DNA of 64,000 nt from the UHGV virus genome UHGV-0057547. The stretch is one strand, 5' to 3'. The stretch is from a virus. Position 1 is the first letter of the stretch. The number at the start of each line of letters is the position of its first letter. Under the pieces are notes generated by a model, which was given only the letters and a program-made list of their open reading frames with translations, was not told the origin of the DNA and did no database searches. Shown here piece after piece: positions 1 to 9,900 of this stretch. The position numbers and the translations under genes were made by a program.

Positions 1-133
1 TTCTATCATTTTCTATTTTATTAATTTTCATTGTTATAAGTTTATCTTTTTTCAAACTAATCTCTCCTTTAAAGTAAAACAAGGTATATACAAATATATA
101 ACATATCTGTATATACCTTTAATAAGACTTACT

Positions 134-2040
134 TTATATGAAAAATATACTATTATCTTTATCAGCACAAATTATTTTAGTAGTTTTATTTGATTTTCTA
201 AGTTCTTCTTCCATCTTATCTCTAAATTTATATTTACTATCATCGCTATGATGTATAACAATTAAATTAGTATTGATACCTTTCATCATTTTAATTATTT
301 CTTTTCCTTGTATATGAGAAGACCATGTATTATATCTTATGACTTTAGCTTTCTTTTTAAATGACATATTTTCAATTTTAACTTCTTTAGTATTGTCGTT
401 TAATAATAATCCTCCTACTGTTGTTGGAGCACAATAACCAATTATCATTATAGTATAATTACTATCCTCTATATTTGCTTTTAAATGATTTAATATTCTA
501 CCTATATTACACATGCCAGCAGATGATATTACAATTTTTTGTTGTTCTTTATTAAGTGCTAAATTCATAGATGTCTCAAAGTCTTTTACAAAATGAAGTT
601 TTTCCCATGATAATATTTGTTCAAATATGTCTTTATCTTCCTTGTTTAATATTTGTTTATAAACATCATTGATTTCCAAAGAAAGTTTACCATCTAAGAA
701 TATAGGAGTTTTAAAATTTGGGTCATTAGAAAAAGTATTATATAAGTAATATAATAAATCTTGAGTTCTAGCTTGAGCAAAAGCTGGTATTAAAATTGAA
801 TGACCTTGTTTTAATTCATTAATTATATCATCTTTCATTTTTTTTCTTTCTTTTTCAATATCTTTTGCATTAAATCCTCTTGATAAATCTGAATAAGTTG
901 CTTCTGTTATTACTAAATTGGCATTTGATATAGTTTTAGTTTTTTTACGGAATGGTTGTTGATTATTAAAACTACCTGTATCTCCACTATAATATATTTT
1001 TTTTGTAACTCCACTTGGCATTTTAAAGAATAATTCTATTGAAGTTGCTCCTACTATATGGTTATTTGGCAAAAGTCTAAAGCTAACATATTCATTTAAC
1101 TCATGTATAACATCTTCTTCATAAGTAGAAGTTTTTGATAACATTCTATATACATCGCTTTCAGTATAAAGAGGTTCTACCTTATATCCTTGATTACTCA
1201 TTTGTCTACAATTTCTTTGTAATATATAAGCACCATCTATCAATAAAGGTTCAGATAATTCTTTATTCTCATAACCCATAATAAATTTATCTACATTATC
1301 TACTATAGCTGGTAGATTTCCTATATGGTCTAGTGATTTCAAAGATGTGAATGAGATACAAAACAAGCTTTTATTTGACCACATTCACAAACTTTTTCAA
1401 CCACCCCCTTATTAACCACATATTCTTCTCTTAAAGCACCATTCATTTGAACCATACCACATTCAATAAGAACTTTTTCATAGTCTCCTTCTTTTGTTGG
1501 ATATGATAAAAGTATAGATGTTCCAACAACACCATTATGACTTTCTCCTACAAATTCAACTATTACTTTATTTTTATTTTTCTTACTTATAATATATGGA
1601 TTCTTTTTCTTCTTTTTCTTTTTCTTAATTACATTGAGATTTTCTTTTCTACAATCTAAAAAATCACCATTTATAAACTCTATTTTATTATCATTTCCTA
1701 ATATATAATTTTGTAAAGTTGTATTTTTGCCTAGCACATCTCCAATAATACAAGAATGTTTTTTGTTCCATCTTACATTTTTACATGTTTTTACATCGTC
1801 TAAATCTATCAACACTCTTTCTTCAAGCTCTTCTTGAAACAAGGCATCATACAATACAATTTCAGCATAATCTTTATGTATTATTATTTCATTATTGTCA
1901 AATTCTGTTATAGGACTATCTGATATACAGAAACCATATTTCCTATATTCGTCCCAATGTTTTTTGCAAAGTCCATTTTTATTTTTTTTGCTTAATAGTT
2001 TTCCACATTGGTTACAGTATTTTTTATTATCTTTGTTCAT
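134..2040 (-). CDS. beta-CASP metallo-beta-lactamase-fold nuclease (RNase J/CPSF/Artemis-like), carried on two overlapping ORFs (1339..2040 N-terminal, 134..1384 C-terminal) with an apparent frameshift
   Basis: N-terminal ORF ends ...SHSHL; the C-terminal ORF continues in another frame with ...SLDHIGNLP (HxHxDH split across the junction). Downstream LVITEATYS (beta-CASP motif A-like), YYSGDTG, LIPAFAQARTQDLL (beta-CASP P.FA.GR.QE). The ORFs overlap at 1339-1384 in different frames. Confidence 0.6.
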
Positions 2041-2189
2041 TTATTTCCCTCCATCCATACCCTGATACATATATTTTTACATTTTTAATAATAATGTTCT
2101 TTGAATGATAAATCTATTTTTCATCTTATCACCTCATTATCTACATATATTAAATAAGTCAAACTCTTTATAATTATTTATTTACTTAT

Positions 2190-2218
2190 ATTATACTATT
2201 GCTATTATTAAAAGTCAA
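2190..2218 (-). promoter_or_regulatory. consensus sigma-A-type promoter cassette (TTGACT-17-TATAAT) upstream of the MBL nuclease gene
   Basis: Minus strand: TTGACT at 2213-2218, 17-nt spacer, TATAAT at 2190-2195, followed by the conserved ATATAAGTAAATAA initial transcribed sequence. Confidence 0.6.
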
Positions 2219-2338
2219 GGAGTAAATTTTATTTCACTTCCCTTATCTTATTTGCTAAATAATTAGTTTGCAAAAAGTAATCACCTAGACTATGTGCAAA
2301 TAATATTTTTAATAACATTTAAACCTCCTAATAAAATC

Positions 2339-2551
2339 TTATTTTCTTATTGTATATCCTTTATCCTTTATATTTTCTAATTTTCTACCACAGATAGGAC
2401 AAAAGTTAATTTCTATATTTATTTCAGGTACATGAGGACTATCAAAATCTATATCTAATCTATTACCATCCATCACATCAATGTAAGCTCCTGTATCAGT
2501 AACCATATAACTATCACTGTTACATAAAAAACATTTTTCCATATTCAACAT
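2339..2551 (-). CDS. small zinc-ribbon protein (two CxxC pairs)
   Basis: CFLCNS ... CPICGRK. Preceded by the promoter cassette at 2581-2609. Confidence 0.4.
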   Translation of the reverse strand: MLNMEKCFLCNSDSYMVTDTGAYIDVMDGNRLDIDFDSPHVPEINIEINFCPICGRKLENIKDKGYTIRK

Positions 2552-2580
2552 TCCTCCTTTTATTTATCTTATTTACTTAT

Positions 2581-2609
2581 ATTATACTATTACTATTATT
2601 AAAAGTCAA
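2581..2609 (-). promoter_or_regulatory. consensus promoter cassette
   Basis: TTGACT (2604-2609), 17 nt, TATAAT (2581-2586) on the minus strand. Confidence 0.6.
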
Positions 2610-2619
2610 GGAGTAGAAA

Positions 2620-3018
2620 TTAATCTACTCCTAATTCTGCAATATTTGTATTAAAATTTTCATTTAAGTATTCACGCAAAATATGCCTATGGCAAAAATC
2701 AGTAGACTTTTCATAGCATAATAGCACAATTTCCGTATCTGTAATTCCTTCATAATCATATAAGTCTTCAAGTATTTGCTCTAAGTCTAACTCTTTTAAT
2801 TTATCAGTATACGCATTTATAAAATCTTCTTGTGACATTTTGTTGTTCTTTAGTTTAAAAACATTGTCACTAGATGGAGCTAATAATTTATATTCCATAT
2901 AATACTCTTCTCTATCTAAGAACCATTTAGGCAAACTGGTTGAAATTAATACAGGCATATATCTATTCTTTTCTTCTTTTGGCAACCTAGAAAATTTCGC
3001 ATAATAACTAGTCTTCAT
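2620..3018 (-). CDS. DUF488-family protein
   Basis: C-terminal signature IVLLCYEKSTDFCHRHILREYL, typical of DUF488 (LLC.E....CHR..L). Confidence 0.5.
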   Translation of the reverse strand: MKTSYYAKFSRLPKEEKNRYMPVLISTSLPKWFLDREEYYMEYKLLAPSSDNVFKLKNNKMSQEDFINAYTDKLKELDLEQILEDLYDYEGITDTEIVLLCYEKSTDFCHRHILREYLNENFNTNIAELGVD

Positions 3019-3031
3019 AAAATTCCTCCTT

Positions 3032-4564
3032 TTATTTATTTAATTTTCTATATTCATATTCTTCTTTATTTAATTCTTCTATTTCTTCTTCATTAAGTAA
3101 ATGATATTCATCACACCATATTTCAAACTCTCCATTTTGTACCCACTTTGTTTTAATTATTGTATTTCCGTCTTTATCTGTTGTTTCAACTTCTTTTTTT
3201 TCTTTTTTTGCCTTTTGGAACATATGATATACATTAATTACACTAAATGCTTTAAACGGTTGTGCTTCATAAAATCCTTCACCAACTTTTACCTCCATAG
3301 TTTTTCCAGTGCTTATATTAAAAATCCATGCTTTTTTATTCTTAAATTTAGTTACAACGTCAATAACAATACAAGTTGATGAATCATAATCTTCAAAATA
3401 ATAATTACATTCTCCAGTCATTTCAAGATTAATTTTAACTTTATCTATTGATGGCATTTCGCTATCTTCTATGTTCGACATTAATTCATTACATAATTCT
3501 AATGCTTTTTCTACTTTATATTGTTTATATTTATCTTCTTTACTCTTTTCAGTTGCATATTTTTCTATTATTTCTTTAGGGTATGGTAAATTAATTTTAT
3601 TAAATGATACTTCACCTTTTTTACTTTTTATTTTTTTACTTATTATATTTTCATATAACTTTATTATATCTAATAATTTTTGAGATTTACCAAATTCCTT
3701 GAAGAAATCTATTGATATCAGTATATTGAGTTGTCTTGAGTTTATAGATGTTTTATCATTTAAATCAATAAGTAAATCCATAAAACTATCATATTTATTA
3801 TCTTTTAACATATATAATTCTTGTGATACTTGTTCGTTCATATATTTTATACTAGCCATACCTTTATATATAGAGTTACTTTCTTTATCCATAAAATATT
3901 CAGCTTTAGAATATCTAAATTTAGGAGGTAATAATTTTATATCAAAATAGCTTAATTCTTTTATTAGTCTATTTGTTCTAGTTGAATCATCGGAATAAAT
4001 AGATAGGGCAACTGTATAATACTCAAGAGGATAATGTGATTTTAAAAATGCACCATATAGACTATCATAAGCATAAGAAAGTGAATGTGAAGCATTGAAT
4101 GAATATTTTGAAGCATCATTAACTACTTGCCATGTTTCTTCAAAACCATCTATTGAACCAACTTTATCTATCCAACCTTTTTTTAATTTTTCTTCTAGTT
4201 CTATTAATTCTTTTTCTTTAAATTTTTTCTTTGATATTTTTTTTATAATTCCATATGTTTCAGGTTCAGGAATACCTAACCATATTAAATATTTCATAAT
4301 AGATTCTTGATACATTAAATAATGATAACTATCTTCTAATAAATCATCTAATTCTTTTACGCCTGTTGTATATGGTTTCCTTTCTATAAAATTATCTAAT
4401 AAAGAAGCAAATCCAGGTCTAATAGATGCAACAAAAGCACTCATTTCAGCTACACTAGAAATTTTATATCTTGATGCTAAATTAGTTGCAAAATCTGAAT
4501 CAGATTGATTTATTGTGCAAGTTATTTTATCTTCATATATTTTAAATGTTTTTTCATCTAACAT
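3032..4564 (-). CDS. dnaE: DNA polymerase III alpha (DnaE-like), downstream exon. The true exon probably starts upstream of the annotated Met, near 4610
   Basis: SAFVASIRPGFASLLDNFIERK matches the DnaE ALYRPGPM...IRRK region. The frame stays open upstream of the Met back to about 4612. Confidence 0.75.
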   Translation of the reverse strand: MLDEKTFKIYEDKITCTINQSDSDFATNLASRYKISSVAEMSAFVASIRPGFASLLDNFIERKPYTTGVKELDDLLEDSYHYLMYQESIMKYLIWLGIPEPETYGIIKKISKKKFKEKELIELEEKLKKGWIDKVGSIDGFEETWQVVNDASKYSFNASHSLSYAYDSLYGAFLKSHYPLEYYTVALSIYSDDSTRTNRLIKELSYFDIKLLPPKFRYSKAEYFMDKESNSIYKGMASIKYMNEQVSQELYMLKDNKYDSFMDLLIDLNDKTSINSRQLNILISIDFFKEFGKSQKLLDIIKLYENIISKKIKSKKGEVSFNKINLPYPKEIIEKYATEKSKEDKYKQYKVEKALELCNELMSNIEDSEMPSIDKVKINLEMTGECNYYFEDYDSSTCIVIDVVTKFKNKKAWIFNISTGKTMEVKVGEGFYEAQPFKAFSVINVYHMFQKAKKEKKEVETTDKDGNTIIKTKWVQNGEFEIWCDEYHLLNEEEIEELNKEEYEYRKLNK

Positions 4565-4985
4565 TTTTTCTAATTCTTTAATAGTTGGTATTTTAATATT
4601 AGCTAATTCACAAGTTTTTCTTATTAAAGTCCAAACGGTAACTGCAAGATACGTTAATACCGTTCCTTTCGGAATACTTTAACACCCATTTAAGGGTCGG
4701 ACTAGACTATACCTTTATCTTCGACATTACTCGTTAAGATATGCCTATTATAGTCGTTGAAGGTTTCCCATCTTAAAGGGACTTCCCTGCTGATTATCCA
4801 TTCATTCACCCTTAGCACTCTCACAAGGCTTTTATTTCAGCTTAGGCAATCCTTATAATTTTTTCTGCTTTCGCAACCATCAAGTTTAATGTTACCATTT
4901 ACTTTGTGGTTTATAAGGCTTTAGGAACTCCCAGCAATTTAAGGCATCATAATCTACATAATTTCTTATATAGACGACTATTAAA
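4565..4985 (-). ncRNA. group I self-splicing intron interrupting dnaE (no internal ORF)
   Basis: About 420-nt non-coding, GC-enriched insert between two in-order DnaE halves. Minus-sense contains AAGGUAUAGUCUAGUCC (P7 3' strand / P9.0-like, cf. canonical AAGAUAUAGUCC) and CGACUAUAAUAGGC (candidate P7 5' strand GACUA). Confidence 0.6.
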
Positions 4986-6668
4986 TTAATCATTCTTTAA
5001 ATATTTATAAACATCACAATTATAACCATCTAAATTACAACATATTCCTTCTTTAGTTTTTATTAAACCAATTTCTTCTGAAACATTTTTATCATATAGT
5101 AACATTGAACAAGGTGATTCTGATATACTTTCCACTACTCCCTTAAATACTTTTGAATCTTTTATTATTTTTCCCCAATATTCATCGTTTTCATATTGCT
5201 CTAAATTTTTAGCTATTTCATCGTATTTACTAACATGCATATCATTTGCTTTACACCATAATCTAAAAGCAGATGAATCTTGTAAAGGTTTATATGATAA
5301 AATCCAAGCACAATTTTCTTCGCCTAATAAATCTTTAGTTGCTTGTATAAAAACTGAACGGTCTTCTGTATTTAAATCAACATCGGGTAATGAACGAGTA
5401 CCTAATATACGTTCTATACTCATAAATCTAGTTGGATACAATGGAACTGGTGCTGATAATCTATCTATTTCTGTTAAGCCTAATAATTTGTTTATAAGAA
5501 AACTTACAGCAGAACCTCTTCCTGTCTTAGTTAATAAGCCATTATATTTATTTATTGCTCTTTGACATATTTTATAATCTAATATAAAATAATCTTCCAT
5601 ATGTGTTTTCTCAATTATATTAAATTCATATCTTATAGCTTCTAAATATTCATTCCATCTCTCTTTAGGTATTGTATCTCTTATTTCCATCCATCTTTTA
5701 TTAATTATATCTTTTAATTCTTTATTTGGATTATTTGATATTGATGGCATTTTAATTTCTTTATCTAATATAATATTTTCACATTCATCAAAAATTAAAG
5801 TATTATTAATTGCATCTTTTATTTGCTCTTCATTTAATATATTTTGTTTATTATATCGTTCTATTATAGTTTCTACATCAGGATAATCTAATATAAAGTT
5901 TGTTTCTTCTTTATATATGATGCCTTTTGCTTTAAGAAATAATTCTCTATAAATATAATCTTGTGGATTAATATAATGTGAATCGTTACCATGAATAATA
6001 TTAATATTATATTTTTCACTTAAGCATAGAATTTTTTTATTAAGATTTTTTTGTATATCTTCATTATGGTTTTGAACTTCTAAATAAAAATTATTACCAA
6101 AATATTCTTTCATTTTTATAATCCAATCGTCTAAGCCTTCATCATTTCTTAAACGACCAGCAACACAAGCAGTTGTTATAATTGTATTATTTGGATTAAT
6201 ACTAAATAATAATTCATCATCTATTCTATTTTTATAATATACCCCATCTATATTGCTATAGGATAATATTCTATTTAAGTCTCTATATCCATCTTTATTT
6301 TTTGCTATTATAACTAAGTGATAATTAGAGTTATCTTTTTCTTTTCTATCTTTAACATAATATGCTTCTGCACCAACTACCATTTTAATACCTTTATATG
6401 ATTTATCGCATGTATCTTTATATTTACATTTTTCACAATTATGTTTTGTATATTCATTATTTTCTTGAGTAAGTTTTACACATACTTCACTACATAAAGT
6501 ATTTGCTTCATATACATTACCTTGATAACCATGTTCAGTAGTAAAATATATTGCATCTTTACCATCTAATTCAATTGCTCTAACTATATATTCTATTGGT
6601 TTAGTAACCACATCTAAACTTTTAATATTGCTATATATTTTATGTGAATGATAATTATTACATCTCAT
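4986..6668 (-). CDS. dnaE: DNA polymerase III alpha (DnaE-like), upstream exon: PHP domain plus N-terminal polymerase core
   Basis: N-terminal PHP motif YHSHKIYSNIKSLD...YFTTEHG. Size and order are consistent with DnaE when joined to 3032..4564 (about 1070 aa). Confidence 0.75.
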   Translation of the reverse strand: MRCNNYHSHKIYSNIKSLDVVTKPIEYIVRAIELDGKDAIYFTTEHGYQGNVYEANTLCSEVCVKLTQENNEYTKHNCEKCKYKDTCDKSYKGIKMVVGAEAYYVKDRKEKDNSNYHLVIIAKNKDGYRDLNRILSYSNIDGVYYKNRIDDELLFSINPNNTIITTACVAGRLRNDEGLDDWIIKMKEYFGNNFYLEVQNHNEDIQKNLNKKILCLSEKYNINIIHGNDSHYINPQDYIYRELFLKAKGIIYKEETNFILDYPDVETIIERYNKQNILNEEQIKDAINNTLIFDECENIILDKEIKMPSISNNPNKELKDIINKRWMEIRDTIPKERWNEYLEAIRYEFNIIEKTHMEDYFILDYKICQRAINKYNGLLTKTGRGSAVSFLINKLLGLTEIDRLSAPVPLYPTRFMSIERILGTRSLPDVDLNTEDRSVFIQATKDLLGEENCAWILSYKPLQDSSAFRLWCKANDMHVSKYDEIAKNLEQYENDEYWGKIIKDSKVFKGVVESISESPCSMLLYDKNVSEEIGLIKTKEGICCNLDGYNCDVYKYLKND

Positions 6669-6760
6669 ATATATTCTCCCTTCCTTCCTTTATATATATT
6701 ATACTATAAATTTTATTAAAAGTAAAATAGGATAGAGAATTTATCTCTATCCTTAATAAA

Positions 6761-7219
6761 TTAATATATTAATATAATATTATCTAAATATTTTCCATTA
6801 TTATTGACAGTCAATGGTAATAGATAGTGAATTATTATATCACTATTTATATTAATATCACTATCACCTATACAATCAATAAAAACTTGGTCAACTCGCA
6901 TACCTTTAATTTCTTCTATATTATAATCTTTTTTTATTATTATTAGAATTTTTTCTTGATTACCTATTAAACAATCTATAATTATTTTATTAGGTATTTT
7001 TCTTATATTCATAATATCCATACAATCCATATATGTGACTATTGCCTTATGGATTGTACTATAAGTTTCCTCTATATCCGATGTTATAAATAATAATGTT
7101 CCATGATTTTTTTCTCTAAATACCCAATAATTATCTAATAATTTTTCAAAGGTTCTAACTCTTTTACTTTTTCTAATGTGTAATACACTATCACAATATT
7201 GAAATAATTCTTTTTTCAT
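6761..7219 (-). CDS. hypothetical protein
   Basis: 152-aa ORF in the operon-like minus-strand series; no recognisable motif. Confidence 0.4.
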   Translation of the reverse strand: MKKELFQYCDSVLHIRKSKRVRTFEKLLDNYWVFREKNHGTLLFITSDIEETYSTIHKAIVTYMDCMDIMNIRKIPNKIIIDCLIGNQEKILIIIKKDYNIEEIKGMRVDQVFIDCIGDSDININSDIIIHYLLPLTVNNNGKYLDNIILIY

Positions 7220-7255
7220 TTTTATATAACTCCTCCCTTTTATATGAAATTTTAT

Positions 7256-9052
7256 TTAAAATGGTATGTTTTTATCTTTTTTCTTTTTATCTTTATCAAT
7301 ATGAGTTTTTGCACTCTTTATTCCAAAGCAAGGTTTTTTGCGAAAATCATCCCACTCAATAGTTACCACCATTTCATCTATTATTATATCAGGTCTTCCA
7401 AATATACCTTTCATTTCTTCTTCACATAAAAAGTCTTCTTTAAATACCCTAGAACAAAATTCTTTTTTAAATGTTATACCATCTATATCAAATGTTAATA
7501 ATGTTGGATATGGATTTTTTATATTTGCAGGCTTAATTTTTAAATTAGACAAAATAAAGGTTGGCTTAGGGCAAAACGTAAACCACAATGGTTTTAAATC
7601 AACTATTTCATTCATTTGTTTAAATGATATAGTATCTAAATCTATTGCACAATCTATATTTATTGCTACATCTTCTACTTCTACATCTTCCATAACTTTA
7701 TCAATTCTTTTTTTTACTCTTCTTATATTACTATAATCTGTTTCTACACCAGCAGAACCATTATGTCCTTTTACAGTAAGTATTTCTGTCGATTCAAGAA
7801 TTGATTTAAAATCATCTATACCATATGTTCTCATACTACCTATTAATTTATCTTTTTTAGACGAAGCAGATAATAATACAACAGGTTTTTTATATATATC
7901 AATTAAATTAGTGGCTATTAATCCAGTTATTCTCTTGTCTACTAATTTTCTTTCTTCATCTATTATTGTCAAAACTTTACTATCATTACAATTATTTTCT
8001 TCTATATATTTTTCACAAAGCTTTATGCATTCTTTTTTCTTTTTGTCTTGTTTCTGCTTAACACTTTTAGCAATTCTAACCATATGTTGTTGTAATGTTT
8101 CTATTTGAACTTGTGGATTAGGATTATTTTTAGATTTTCTAGGTTTATATTCAAATTCTTTTTCTTCTCCTATTAATGCTTTAAATAATAATTCACATTC
8201 TTCCATACTACTAAATCTTATAGTTCCATTTATAATATTAGCTAAATTAAATGATATTGTTTCAGGTGTTATATCATCTAAATCAAAATCTTTTAATATT
8301 TCTTTAAAAAATTCATTTCTTATATTATTTAAACCTTTATGCACTAAGTATGCAACTTCTTTATCATGTATATCCATTATATCAGCTATACAACCAATTG
8401 CAACTAAATCCAAATAATGTTCTAACTCATTCTCAGTCATTCCGACTAGAAACTTATAAACAACTCCTACACCACTTAAATTATGTGAATATTCATCCAA
8501 CTGATTATTGACAATAACTCCAATAAGAGCATTACTTGTATCTCTAAATACTGTTTTAAATTCTTCACTATTAGACTGTGGTCTATGGTGGTCAAGGACT
8601 AAAATTCTTTTGCCTATTGATAATAATTCTTTAATTTCCTTAAAATCATTAGTAGAAGCATCAGGTATTATTAAAAATTCTACACTAGATTTTTTTATTC
8701 GTTTAAAAACTTTTGGGTCAAGTCCATGAAATTTTCCATCATGAAAAAATAAAGTTATTTTTTCTTTAGGAACTTGACATTCATTAATTAAAAACAAATA
8801 CATTAAAGCAGAACTAGTATATCCATCTACATCGGTATCAACTAAGATACCGATGTTACTCCCTTTATCAAGTTCACTTATGAATAATTCTATTCCTTTG
8901 TCTACATTTTTTATTTTAAATGGCATTTCTTGATATTCAGAAGTAGGATTAAGTAAAAAATCCACATCTTTTTCAGTCAATTCTCTATTTTTTAATACTA
9001 TATCTCTTAATGTTCTACCAAAGGTGTTTTCTGTTTTTATATTATATTTCAT
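7256..9052 (-). CDS. DHH-family phosphoesterase, RecJ-like ssDNA exonuclease
   Basis: DHH motifs: DTDVDGYTSSA (motif I) and LVLDHHRPQ (DHH). Confidence 0.65.
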   Translation of the reverse strand: MKYNIKTENTFGRTLRDIVLKNRELTEKDVDFLLNPTSEYQEMPFKIKNVDKGIELFISELDKGSNIGILVDTDVDGYTSSALMYLFLINECQVPKEKITLFFHDGKFHGLDPKVFKRIKKSSVEFLIIPDASTNDFKEIKELLSIGKRILVLDHHRPQSNSEEFKTVFRDTSNALIGVIVNNQLDEYSHNLSGVGVVYKFLVGMTENELEHYLDLVAIGCIADIMDIHDKEVAYLVHKGLNNIRNEFFKEILKDFDLDDITPETISFNLANIINGTIRFSSMEECELLFKALIGEEKEFEYKPRKSKNNPNPQVQIETLQQHMVRIAKSVKQKQDKKKKECIKLCEKYIEENNCNDSKVLTIIDEERKLVDKRITGLIATNLIDIYKKPVVLLSASSKKDKLIGSMRTYGIDDFKSILESTEILTVKGHNGSAGVETDYSNIRRVKKRIDKVMEDVEVEDVAINIDCAIDLDTISFKQMNEIVDLKPLWFTFCPKPTFILSNLKIKPANIKNPYPTLLTFDIDGITFKKEFCSRVFKEDFLCEEEMKGIFGRPDIIIDEMVVTIEWDDFRKKPCFGIKSAKTHIDKDKKKKDKNIPF

Positions 9053-9064
9053 ATATTCACCAAC

Positions 9065-9286
9065 CTAATCTTCGTATTCTTCTATTTCTAATAAATTAAC
9101 ATACAAAAATGTTTTATATATACTTTTATCATAACTAGATACTTCAAGTTCCACATAACTATTTGTTAAGTCAGCTATTTTTCCTATTACATTTTCATCT
9201 TTTGTTCTTACTCTTATATAATCTCCAACAATTAAAGTAATTTCTTTACCATTATTTTCTATTGTATATATTTTTCTTATTTCCAT
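9065..9286 (-). CDS. hypothetical protein
   Basis: 73-aa ORF; no recognisable motif. Confidence 0.35.
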   Translation of the reverse strand: MEIRKIYTIENNGKEITLIVGDYIRVRTKDENVIGKIADLTNSYVELEVSSYDKSIYKTFLYVNLLEIEEYED

Positions 9287-9489
9287 TATTTTATATCTTC
9301 TCCTTTTTCTAACAATGTGTTATATCCTAACAATTCATAAAATGAATAATAACTTAATTTTTTACCTGCTATTTTTGTAATTCCAAATCTATCTTTCATT
9401 CTTTTTATTAAAATACTTTTAATAATAATCAGCTCCTTTATTTACTTATTTACTTATATTATACTATTATTCTTATTAAAAATCAATCG

Positions 9490-9900
9490 TTATTTAAGAT
9501 TTTCTTTTGATAATTCTTCTGCCACTTCGTTAATTTCATTGAAATAGAAGAACACATCATGAAATTTTTTAACTTCTTTATCTAGTTCTTTAGTTGTACT
9601 ATAATATCCATCAAAAGAACAATGTATTCTTAAAGGCAAATCTTTGTTATTTATAAGTCTACAACTGTCTAAAATAGAAGAATAAATAACTTCTTCTATT
9701 TTCTTATACTGTATAACTCCACTGCTAACCTTTTTATCTGCAATAAGTTCTAATTCATCATTAATGTATTTTAAATAAATACCATAACTAGCTTTAGTTG
9801 TTTTATTTACTTTATTAACATATATATAAACTTCTATTAAACTATTCATACTTTCTAGCCCTCCTATACAACTCAAGGAATACAAATTCACCCTCATCAA
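9490..9900 (-). CDS. hypothetical protein
   Basis: 136-aa ORF overlapping the end of the primase gene by 58 nt. Confidence 0.35.
   Translation of the reverse strand: MMRVNLYSLSCIGGLESMNSLIEVYIYVNKVNKTTKASYGIYLKYINDELELIADKKVSSGVIQYKKIEEVIYSSILDSCRLINNKDLPLRIHCSFDGYYSTTKELDKEVKKFHDVFFYFNEINEVAEELSKENLK

Noticed and set aside
3101-4310. Plus-strand ORFs (3101..3379, 3471..3683, 3699..3950, 4095..4310) and similar antisense ORFs (e.g. 7338..7736, 12118..12540, 23623..24033, 29369..29812).
   Set aside because: They lie antisense within well-supported minus-strand genes (dnaE, DHH nuclease, FtsH, pentapeptide protein, SSB-like). They encode low-complexity Phe/Leu/Ser-rich products typical of AT-rich antisense frames, and have no promoter or RBS.
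4565-4985. Group II intron or intein as explanations for the split dnaE.
   Set aside because: The insert has no reading frame (multiple stops) so it is not an intein. At about 420 nt, with no domain V-like element or RT ORF, it is too small for a group II intron. The P7-like AAGGUAUAGUC element fits group I.
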